32,000 nt of DNA from Microcystis aeruginosa NIES-2549 (GTDB taxonomy: Bacteria > Cyanobacteriota > Cyanobacteriia > Cyanobacteriales > Microcystaceae). The DNA is taken from positions 1,590,001 through 1,622,000 of the forward strand of contig NZ_CP011304.1 of assembly GCF_000981785.2 (NCBI RefSeq), written 5' to 3'. The position numbers and the translations under genes are program-made. The first letter of the stretch is position 1. Each line of letters starts with the position of its first letter. The notes beneath the pieces are model-generated. The model was not told the origin of the DNA. It saw only the letters and a program-made list of their open reading frames with translations, and made no database searches. Below are positions 1-7,471 of this stretch, piece by piece.

Positions 1-44
1 GGCTGTTAACCGATTGGTCGTAGGTTCGAATCCCACCCGGGGAG
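1..44 (+). tRNA. tRNA-Asn (anticodon GTT), 3' portion only; the 5' portion lies upstream of the window
   Basis: The window opens in the anticodon arm: GG | CTGTTAA (GTT at anticodon positions) | CCGAT. This is followed by variable TGGTC, T-arm GTAGG-TTCGAAT-CCCAC (one A:C mismatch), acceptor 3' strand CCGGGGA and discriminator G. No CCA is encoded. Confidence 0.8.
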
Positions 45-60
45 TTAATCAAAAATAGAA

Positions 61-90
61 GCGGCAATAAGAAAGTATTGCCGCTTTTTG
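61..90. terminator. Bidirectional intrinsic terminator between tRNA-Asn (+) and the convergent peptidase gene (-)
   Basis: 9-bp stem GCGGCAATA (61-69) / TATTGCCGC (76-84) with a 6-nt loop, followed by TTTTT (85-89) and preceded by an A-rich run. Confidence 0.7.
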
Positions 91-96
91 CTCTGA

Positions 97-1356
97 CTAG
101 AGAATTTCAGCGATCGCATTTTCTGGACCGACTAAAGAAATGTAAGGATTTTGAAAATATTTACTGGCTACCGATCGCGCTTGTTCGGGAGTAATCTGAT
201 TAATAGAATCCAGGAAAGTGCGATCAAATTCAATCCCCAAACCTAAGCTTTCGTACCAACCGTATAATTGAGCGATTTCGGCGTTAGTTTGTTTACCGAG
301 AGCATATTGACCCAATAACTTATTTTTAGCTGACTGTAACTCCTCCTCGCTCAAAGTTACTTTATATAACCTTTCTGCTTCCTGACGCAATCCCGACAGG
401 GCCATGGCTGTGTTTTGGGGTGCAGTTCCCATATAAATGACAAATTGGGAAGAATCGAGACGGGTGGGATAAAAAGCGGAAACATCGTAGGCTAATCCCC
501 GTTTTTCTCGCAATTCCACGAATAAACGACTAGATAAACCATTCCCCAGATAGGTACTCAATAATTTTAAAACGGCATAATCATCCTCTTGCACAGAAGA
601 GCCGGGGTATCCTAACATAACGATCGCCTGTTGACTAGCTTGGACGGTAGTTAAACAGGTGGGCTGAAAATCAAAAGCAGCTGGGGGTAAACTAGATAAA
701 GGAAGATCGGGAATTGACCAACTGCCAAAAATTTCCGTCACTGCTTTTACTGCTTGCTCTAGGGTAATACGGCCAGAAAGACTAATTACCAAGTTATCGG
801 GACGGAAAAAGCGACTATGATAGGCCAGCAGGTCATCCCGTTGCAATTGCGAAACCGTTGCCTCCGTACCCAATAAAGACATACCATAGGGGTGATTGGG
901 GTACATAGCGGCGCGTAATTGATTAAAAGCCACATTAAAAGGCTGTTCCAATTGAGAGCGAATGCTTTGACGGGTGAGATTTTTCTCTAATTCGATTTCT
1001 GGGGGTGGAAAACTGGGAAAACGAATAATTTCCGCCGCTAGACGCAATATATCTAAAAAATCCTTGGTAACAGTCTTTAAACTAACCACAAAATAATCGG
1101 TCCCCGTGTCCGCACTTAAACCGGCCCCCGTGGACTCAATGCGATCAGCAATTTCTAGGGAAGATAACTTTTCTGTACCTTTGGTGAGCAGCACGGCTAA
1201 AAGACGAAATAAACCCGCTTTTTCGGCTTTTTCCCACCGAGTACCCGCATTTTTGAGAAAAATCCTCCCTGCAACTAACTCCACGGCCGTATTTTCCACC
1301 ACTAAAAGGGTGATGCCATTTTCTAAGGTTAAGCGGTGAATGGGGGAAGCGGACAT
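97..1356 (-). CDS. M16 (pitrilysin/insulinase) family peptidase, non-catalytic-type subunit (no HxxEH motif)
   Basis: 419-aa ORF with ATG start. The N-terminus LENGITLLVVEN... is typical of M16 proteins but the zinc motif is absent. It starts 3 nt after the stop of the upstream M16 gene (TAA-AAG-ATG), suggesting a heterodimeric pair. Confidence 0.75.
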   Translation of the reverse strand: MSASPIHRLTLENGITLLVVENTAVELVAGRIFLKNAGTRWEKAEKAGLFRLLAVLLTKGTEKLSSLEIADRIESTGAGLSADTGTDYFVVSLKTVTKDFLDILRLAAEIIRFPSFPPPEIELEKNLTRQSIRSQLEQPFNVAFNQLRAAMYPNHPYGMSLLGTEATVSQLQRDDLLAYHSRFFRPDNLVISLSGRITLEQAVKAVTEIFGSWSIPDLPLSSLPPAAFDFQPTCLTTVQASQQAIVMLGYPGSSVQEDDYAVLKLLSTYLGNGLSSRLFVELREKRGLAYDVSAFYPTRLDSSQFVIYMGTAPQNTAMALSGLRQEAERLYKVTLSEEELQSAKNKLLGQYALGKQTNAEIAQLYGWYESLGLGIEFDRTFLDSINQITPEQARSVASKYFQNPYISLVGPENAIAEIL

Positions 1357-1359
1357 CTT

Positions 1360-2637
1360 TTATTCACAGGGTTGCATTATTGTAATAGCATATCGCTCCG
1401 GGGAGAGATACTGACGAGCCAGACGCTGGAGATCTGACGGTTGCAAACTTTGGATAACTTGGGGATAGATCGTGGCTAGGTCGGCAGCTCTCAGGGTTTG
1501 ATAATATCCATAGAGTCCCGCTAATTGGCCCGGGGTTTCTGTGGAGAAAATATAATCGTTAGCTAATAACTGTTGAGTGCGGTGTAATTCTGGGGGGGTG
1601 ACGGGATGATCGTGCAGATGTTGGAGATGTTCACAGATAATAGCTTCGATTGTCTCAGTTTGTGGGCTAGATAGCCAAGCGCCGATGGTAAAGAGACTGG
1701 AATCTCGTTGCAGGGAAAAATTACTGTTAATATCGAGGACGATTTGCGCTTCTTCTCGCAGCTGTCGCACTAACCGCGAACAGCGTCCCCCGGCAAGAAT
1801 TACCGAAAGCAAGTCTAATCCAAAGGCATCTTCTAGGCGATCGCATCCTGGTCCAGTCCATCCCATCAAGAGACGAGAATGTTCTAGGTGGGGTAAATAT
1901 ACTTGGGAACGACGAATTTCGATCAGGGGGGGTTCGGCAACCACTAAATGGGGAGGGGATTCCGAGGGGACGGGAAATTCCCGAAAAGATTGCCGGATAA
2001 TTTCTAAAGCTGGTTGGGGTTCAATTCCCCCGATAATCGCCACACACATATTTTCTGGTTGATAATAGGTGCGATGGAAACAGCGCATTTGATTGGGGGT
2101 TAATTGCTCTAAACGGGGTTCATCACCTAAAATAGAGCGTCCGTAGGGATGGTTTTGATAGATACTTCCGCAGAGGGTTTGGTAGGCAATCCAATCGGGA
2201 TCATCATAACAGGCCCGTAATTCTTCTAAAACTACATCTTTTTCCCGATAGAATTCCTCATCGTCAATCTCAGCATGGAGGAGAATTTCGGCCAGATGGG
2301 GTAAGGTATGTTCAATTTGATCCACACTGGTGGTGAGATAGAAGTGCGCGTAATCGTGACTGGTGGCAGCGTTGGTCATGCCGCCACAATTTTCGATTAA
2401 ATAGTCAAAGAGTCCGGGGGGAAGTTTTTTCGTCCCCTTAAAGATCATGTGTTCGAGAAAATGGGCCATACCTAACCATGGGTCGGGTTCAGCGATCGCA
2501 CCTGCTTTCACCCACACATCCACCACCACCACAGGAGTCACGGGTAAATACTGATGAATTACGGTTAAACCGTGATCTAATTGCCATACCTGAGCGGGAA
2601 AAGAACTCGTTTGACACTGCGCTATCGACTTGATCAA
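1360..2637 (-). CDS. M16 family zinc peptidase, catalytic subunit (HxxEH)
   Basis: 425-aa ORF containing HFLEHMIFKGT (inverted zinc motif HxxEH) and a downstream LEEL glutamate. The start in the track is TTG at 2637 with no in-frame ATG nearby, so the start is somewhat uncertain. Confidence 0.8.
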   Translation of the reverse strand: MIKSIAQCQTSSFPAQVWQLDHGLTVIHQYLPVTPVVVVDVWVKAGAIAEPDPWLGMAHFLEHMIFKGTKKLPPGLFDYLIENCGGMTNAATSHDYAHFYLTTSVDQIEHTLPHLAEILLHAEIDDEEFYREKDVVLEELRACYDDPDWIAYQTLCGSIYQNHPYGRSILGDEPRLEQLTPNQMRCFHRTYYQPENMCVAIIGGIEPQPALEIIRQSFREFPVPSESPPHLVVAEPPLIEIRRSQVYLPHLEHSRLLMGWTGPGCDRLEDAFGLDLLSVILAGGRCSRLVRQLREEAQIVLDINSNFSLQRDSSLFTIGAWLSSPQTETIEAIICEHLQHLHDHPVTPPELHRTQQLLANDYIFSTETPGQLAGLYGYYQTLRAADLATIYPQVIQSLQPSDLQRLARQYLSPERYAITIMQPCE

Positions 2638-2753
2638 TGTCCGTTAACCAGATTTTTTGTTAAATTCTATACTTATGCTATCTTATCTCTTGCCTGCTCA
2701 ACCATTAAAAAACTTTTGTCATGATTTCTAGATAATTCCGCCAAATATCGGCC

Positions 2754-2982
2754 TTATCAGTGATCAGTTATCAGTGATCAGTTATCAGATGTGAGTTTTT
2801 AGTGAAGAGTAAGACAGCCTTTCTCGTAAAGGTGAGGCACAAGCTGATCTTTGCTAATCAAGTATTTCAGCTGCAAGAACGAACCTCATGTATCTGAGAA
2901 AAGCTGTAAGTGAGGAGTATTAAATAGCATTAACAGTGCTGTCTTTTCACTGATTACTGATTACTGTTCACTGTTCACTGAA
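2754..2982. repeat. MITE-like element, copy 1: inverted arrays of tandem heptamers flanking a ~160-bp core
   Basis: Left arm 2754-2788 is TTATCAG TGATCAG TTATCAG TGATCAG TTATCAG. Right arm 2948-2982 is CACTGAT TACTGAT TACTGTT CACTGTT CACTGAA, the reverse-complement family. The core has an internal inverted repeat AAGACAGC ... GCTGTCTT and patchy similarity to the core of the copy at 20741-21079. Confidence 0.55.
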
Positions 2983-3001
2983 AATACTTCCCACTAACTA
3001 A

Positions 3002-3781
3002 ATGACTGAGCAAGATACTGACTGGATAGGTTTGATGATCGGCAATTCTCGGCTACATTGGGGGTATTTTCGCGGTCAAACCCTGTTAACTTGTCTCGAT
3101 ACTCCCCACCTGACCGAACCCCCAAGTAATGAATTTTTGCAACAAATTTTCCCTAAACTCTTGACAAATGAATGCAAACGTGCATTGGTTGTCGCCTCTG
3201 TGGTTCCTAGCCAAAAAGAATTATGGGCAAATTATGGCAATTTACGGATAATTACTTTAAAAGATATTCCTTTATTGGATTTATATCCAACATTCGGCAT
3301 TGATCGAGCTTTAGCTGTCTTAGGTGCGGGAAAAAAATATGGATTTCCCTGTTTAGTCATCGATGCGGGAACAGCCTTAACTTTTACGGGAGTGGATAGG
3401 GATAAAAAGCTAGTGGGAGGAGCAATTTTACCCGGGTTAAAGGTGCAATTAGCCAGTTTAAGGGAACGGACGGCAGCCTTGCCAGAGGTGTCCTTATCGG
3501 AAAGATTACCGCAGATGTGGGCAAAAGAAACAGCAGAAGGGATAAGAAGTGGGATAATTTATACAATTTTGGCGGGAATAGAAAAATTCAGTCAGGAATG
3601 GTTAAATTTATATCCAGAGAGCGGGATAATTTTAACGGGGGGAGATGGGGACTTAATTAGGGATTACTGGCAAGAAAACGCCATTAAATCACCCCTAGTG
3701 GATAAGACGATAATTTTTCAGGGAATTGCCGCAGTTAAGGGAATCTCTTCCTGTTTAATTGACAAAGGCGAACATATCTAG
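3002..3781 (+). CDS. coaX: Type III pantothenate kinase
   Basis: 259 aa with CoaX/ASKHA motifs: IGNSRLHW (DxGNT-like phosphate 1), FGIDRA, VIDAGTALT and VGGAILPG. Confidence 0.85.
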   Translation: MTEQDTDWIGLMIGNSRLHWGYFRGQTLLTCLDTPHLTEPPSNEFLQQIFPKLLTNECKRALVVASVVPSQKELWANYGNLRIITLKDIPLLDLYPTFGIDRALAVLGAGKKYGFPCLVIDAGTALTFTGVDRDKKLVGGAILPGLKVQLASLRERTAALPEVSLSERLPQMWAKETAEGIRSGIIYTILAGIEKFSQEWLNLYPESGIILTGGDGDLIRDYWQENAIKSPLVDKTIIFQGIAAVKGISSCLIDKGEHI

Positions 3782-3851
3782 TAAAGTCGGGGAAAGTTTT
3801 CTCAACTTGGGAAATTTCTGAACAACTAGGCAAAAAATTCAGGATATAGTT

Positions 3852-4919
3852 ATGGCGATCGTTCTAGTAACCGGTTCTGCTGGTTTAATCGGTTCCGAAT
3901 CAGTCAGATTTTTTTGTGATCGGGGTTATACCGTTGTCGGCATCGATAATAATATGCGTCAGGTATTTTTTGGCGAAGACGCTTCAACGGAGTGGAATCG
4001 AGCCAAATTATCCCAAGATTACGGGGATAAATACATTCACCATGCTGTGGATATTCGCGATCATGAAGCTATTGCAGCTATATTTAAAACCTATAGTCAT
4101 GATATATCCTTGATTATCCACACGGCGGCGCAACCTTCCCACGATTGGGCAGCTAAGGATCCCTATATGGATTTTAGTGTCAATGCTAACGGAACTTTAG
4201 TATTATTAGAAAATACTCGTCAACACTGTCCCCAAGCAGTATTTATTTTCTGTTCCACTAATAAAGTTTACGGGGATAGACCGAATGAATTACCTTTAAT
4301 AGAAAAAGAATTACGTTGGGAAATCTCGGAAAATCATCCTTATTTTGCTCATGGTATTGACGAGTTGATGAGTATTGATGCTTGTAAACATTCTTTGTTC
4401 GGTGCCTCGAAAGTGGCGGCGGATGTATTAGTACAGGAATACGGGCGTTATTTTGAGATGAAAACTGCCTCTTTTCGTGGCGGTTGTTTAACCGGTCCAA
4501 GTCATTCGGGAACGCAATTACACGGGTTTTTATCCTACTTGATGAAATGTACGATGATCGGCAAAGAATACAGTATTTATGGGTATAAGGGTAAGCAGGT
4601 ACGCGATAACATTCATAGTTACGATCTCGTCAATGCTTTCTATCATTTTTATCAGGCCCCGCGAGTAGCAGAAGTTTATAATATCGGTGGTAGTCGCTTT
4701 AGTAATTGTTCCATGTTAGAAGCTATTCAAGAATGTGAAGCGATTGCGGATAAAAAGTTAAACTGGCAATATGTGGAGACTAATCGCATTGGTGATCATA
4801 TCTGGTGGATTTCTGATGTGAGTAAGTTTAAAAATCATTATCCTGATTGGCAGTTAACCTACACAGTAACGGATATTCTCAAAGAGATTTTTAGTCAAAA
4901 CGTTAGCCGTTGGACTTAG
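3852..4919 (+). CDS. Extended SDR, NAD-dependent epimerase/dehydratase (CDP-paratose/tyvelose 2-epimerase-like)
   Basis: 355 aa with N-terminal Rossmann motif [10 protein letters not shown] and STNKVYG. The GxSKxAAD context resembles RfbE-type epimerases, but the sequence reads FGASK (F183, K187) where YxxxK is expected. Confidence 0.7.
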   Translation: MAIVLVTGSAGLIGSESVRFFCDRGYTVVGIDNNMRQVFFGEDASTEWNRAKLSQDYGDKYIHHAVDIRDHEAIAAIFKTYSHDISLIIHTAAQPSHDWAAKDPYMDFSVNANGTLVLLENTRQHCPQAVFIFCSTNKVYGDRPNELPLIEKELRWEISENHPYFAHGIDELMSIDACKHSLFGASKVAADVLVQEYGRYFEMKTASFRGGCLTGPSHSGTQLHGFLSYLMKCTMIGKEYSIYGYKGKQVRDNIHSYDLVNAFYHFYQAPRVAEVYNIGGSRFSNCSMLEAIQECEAIADKKLNWQYVETNRIGDHIWWISDVSKFKNHYPDWQLTYTVTDILKEIFSQNVSRWT

Positions 4920-5097
4920 GGCAAATCAAGAATTATTCTGGTCAATTTTTATCTGCTAGTTTTCCCTCGTTACCAAAGTGATTTTTAGCAAAATATACTG
5001 CTAGTAATTGAGGGACTATGTTAATTAGTTAGTAAGAGGATATTAATAGCAATATTGACCTAAAAAAACTAAACCAGAGCATATTTAAGAGACTATT

Positions 5098-6369
5098 ATG
5101 TTAACTAAAATCTACAAGAATAAAATTTTCCGATTTCTCATTGCTGGGGGAGTGGCATTTCTAATCAACTTATTCTTAATTTATTGGTTCATTGACGACT
5201 TGGGATTTAATACCCCATTTCTGAAGAATGTTGCTAATGTTATTTCGATAGAAATATCTTTAATTGCTAGTTTCTTTATCTATAGAATCTGGGTGTGGAC
5301 TGGAGGAGATTGGACAATCAGAGATGTGATTTTGATACAACTTCCTCTCTATCATCTCTCGGCAGGTTTAGCCGTTTTACTGCGAGTTTTCTTGATATTT
5401 CCCTTCTTAAACTGGTTAGGAATTAGCCCCGGAGTTAACACAATGATTGGGGTTTTACTGGGAGCTAGTATTAACTATGTTGCCAGTGATAGCCTAATTT
5501 TTAAACCCAAGAATAAGACTAATGAGACAGAAATGTACTATCCCGAAGGATTAGCACCAGCTTTCGAGATGGACGGTTACTCTCACCCACGTCAATCAAG
5601 GGATAACCATGCAGTAAAAACCTTATCAATAGTTATCCCTGCTTACAACGAAGAAGATTGCATCGAAAGCACTGCTCACTTAATATCCGAACGTTTAGAA
5701 CGGGATAAAATTGATTATGAAATCCTAGTTGTTAATGACAATAGCAAAGATAACACCGAAGCAGTTCTGCAAAAAATCAACCAAGAAAACCCTCGGATTC
5801 GCTACATCAATAACTATTATCCCAATGGTTTTGGTTTTGCGGTACGCTGTGGATTAGAAAATTTTAGCGGCGATGCGGTGGCAGTAGTAATGGCAGATAA
5901 TTCCGACTCTCCCGATAACATGGTGGACTATTATTATAAACTGCAAGAAGGCTACGATTGCGTTTTTGGTTCTCGTTTTATCAGGGGAGGAAAAGTTATT
6001 GATTATCCCATACACAAGTTATTCGTCAATCGTTTGGCTAATCTCTTCATTCAAGTTTTATTTGGGCTAAAATTTAATGATACCACTAACGCCTTTAAAA
6101 TCTATCGGAAGGAGGTTATCGAAGGAATCTCACCTCTACTCTCTCACCATTTTAACTTAACAGTAGAGATGCCCTTAAAAGCAATCGTGCGAGGATATTC
6201 CTACACGACAATTCCCATCACTTGGCGCAATCGTACCACGGGGGTTTCCAAGTTAAAACTCAAAGAAATGGGTAGTCGTTATTTATTTATAGTTCTCTCT
6301 ATCTGGTTAGAAAAATACCTTTCTCGAGGCGACTATAAGCGCAAACAGAAAAAGAATCAAGTCGGTTGA
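5098..6369 (+). CDS. GtrA-like membrane domain fused to a family-2 glycosyltransferase (polyprenyl-phosphate sugar synthase type, DPM1/ArnC-like)
   Basis: 423 aa. Residues 1 to ~135 form a hydrophobic GtrA-like four-helix region (FRFLIAGGVAFLINL...NYVASDSLIFK). The C-terminal region has GT2 motifs IVIPAYNEE, VVNDNSKDNT and MADNSDSP. Confidence 0.75.
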   Translation: MLTKIYKNKIFRFLIAGGVAFLINLFLIYWFIDDLGFNTPFLKNVANVISIEISLIASFFIYRIWVWTGGDWTIRDVILIQLPLYHLSAGLAVLLRVFLIFPFLNWLGISPGVNTMIGVLLGASINYVASDSLIFKPKNKTNETEMYYPEGLAPAFEMDGYSHPRQSRDNHAVKTLSIVIPAYNEEDCIESTAHLISERLERDKIDYEILVVNDNSKDNTEAVLQKINQENPRIRYINNYYPNGFGFAVRCGLENFSGDAVAVVMADNSDSPDNMVDYYYKLQEGYDCVFGSRFIRGGKVIDYPIHKLFVNRLANLFIQVLFGLKFNDTTNAFKIYRKEVIEGISPLLSHHFNLTVEMPLKAIVRGYSYTTIPITWRNRTTGVSKLKLKEMGSRYLFIVLSIWLEKYLSRGDYKRKQKKNQVG

Positions 6370-6396
6370 TAATTATTATCTAGTGGAGTATTATTG

Positions 6397-7461
6397 ATGA
6401 CTAGGCAAGTGTTAATTACTGGTGGTGCGGGTTTTGTGGGCAGTTCTTTAGGTTTGGGATTAGCCCAACGTTATCCTGATTGGAAAATTATCGCTTTAGA
6501 TAACTTAAAACGTCGCGGTTCTGAATTAAATATTCCCCGTCTCAAACAAGCGGGAATTGAATTTGTTCATGGAGATGTCAGAAATGCGGAAGACTTAGAA
6601 GCATCCGCTTTGCCAGTGGATTTAATCCTAGAATGTTCGGCAGAACCTTCCGTTTTAGCTGGTTATAATTCCCCCGGCTATGTTTTGCAGACTAACTTAA
6701 TTGGAACGATTAACTGTTTAGAATTAGCTAGACAAACCCAAGCAGATTTTATTTTTCTCTCCACCAGCAGAGTTTATCCCATTGCCTATCTTAATCAATT
6801 AAACTATACAGAAACAGATACTCGTTTTCAGTTATCTGAACAGCAAAATTTACCCGGGGTTTCTGCTTTTGGTATCAGTGAACAATTTCCCTTAGATTTG
6901 CCCCGTTCTCTCTACGGTTCGACTAAGTTAGCATCGGAATTGATTATTAATGAATATGGGGATGCCTACGGATTAAGAACTTTAATTAATCGTTGTGGAG
7001 TTTTAACTGGTCCTTGGCAGATGGGAAAAGTTGATCAGGGAGTTTTTGCCCTTTGGGTGGCTAATCATTACTTTCAGAAGTCCTTAAAATATATCGGTTA
7101 TGGGGGTACAGGGAAACAGGTTAGAGATTTTCTTCATGTAGCTGATTTACTCGATTTAATCGATATTCAGATTGCTAATTTAGAACAATTCAAAGGGCAG
7201 ACTTTTAATGTGGGGGGTGGGCAAGATTTTTCTTTGTCTCTTTACGAAACCACAAAACTATGTCAGGAAATCACGGGCAATAGTATAATGATTGAGGCAG
7301 TTCCCGAAAATCGCACCGGAGATATGCCAATTTTTATAACTGATTCTCGCAAAATCAGTTCTATAACTGGATGGCAACCCCAGCGAGACGGTAGAAAATT
7401 AATCCAAGATATCTTTGATTGGATTTATAATCACGAGAAGGAATTAAAAGGTATTTTTTAA
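6397..7461 (+). CDS. Extended SDR, NAD-dependent epimerase/dehydratase
   Basis: ITGGAGFVGS Rossmann motif and canonical YGSTK (YxxxK). The track starts at TTG 6394, but ATG 6397 lies 8 nt after GGAG (6385-6388), so I prefer 6397. Confidence 0.75.
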   Translation: MTRQVLITGGAGFVGSSLGLGLAQRYPDWKIIALDNLKRRGSELNIPRLKQAGIEFVHGDVRNAEDLEASALPVDLILECSAEPSVLAGYNSPGYVLQTNLIGTINCLELARQTQADFIFLSTSRVYPIAYLNQLNYTETDTRFQLSEQQNLPGVSAFGISEQFPLDLPRSLYGSTKLASELIINEYGDAYGLRTLINRCGVLTGPWQMGKVDQGVFALWVANHYFQKSLKYIGYGGTGKQVRDFLHVADLLDLIDIQIANLEQFKGQTFNVGGGQDFSLSLYETTKLCQEITGNSIMIEAVPENRTGDMPIFITDSRKISSITGWQPQRDGRKLIQDIFDWIYNHEKELKGIF

Positions 7462-7471
7462 CTGAATAATT

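Noticed and set aside
20-36. The A:C mismatch in the T-stem of the partial tRNA-Asn as a sign of a pseudo-tRNA
   Set aside because: Single mismatches are tolerated, the rest of the visible structure is canonical, and the 5' half is outside the window so it cannot be judged.
1106-2062. Track ORFs 1106-1339 (+) and 1685-2062 (+), antisense to the M16 peptidase genes
   Set aside because: They are shadow ORFs inside well-supported genes on the opposite strand. Their composition is Arg/Ser-rich and low in complexity, with no start context.
2754-2982. The heptamer arrays as a possible CRISPR array
   Set aside because: The repeats are 7 nt, directly tandem without spacers, and arranged as inverted arms. 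No cas genes are nearby.
3384-4500. Track ORFs 3384-3566 (-), 3916-4113 (+, alternative frame) and 4258-4500 (-), overlapping coaX and the first SDR gene
   Set aside because: They lie entirely within stronger, motif-supported CDSs and have no independent evidence.
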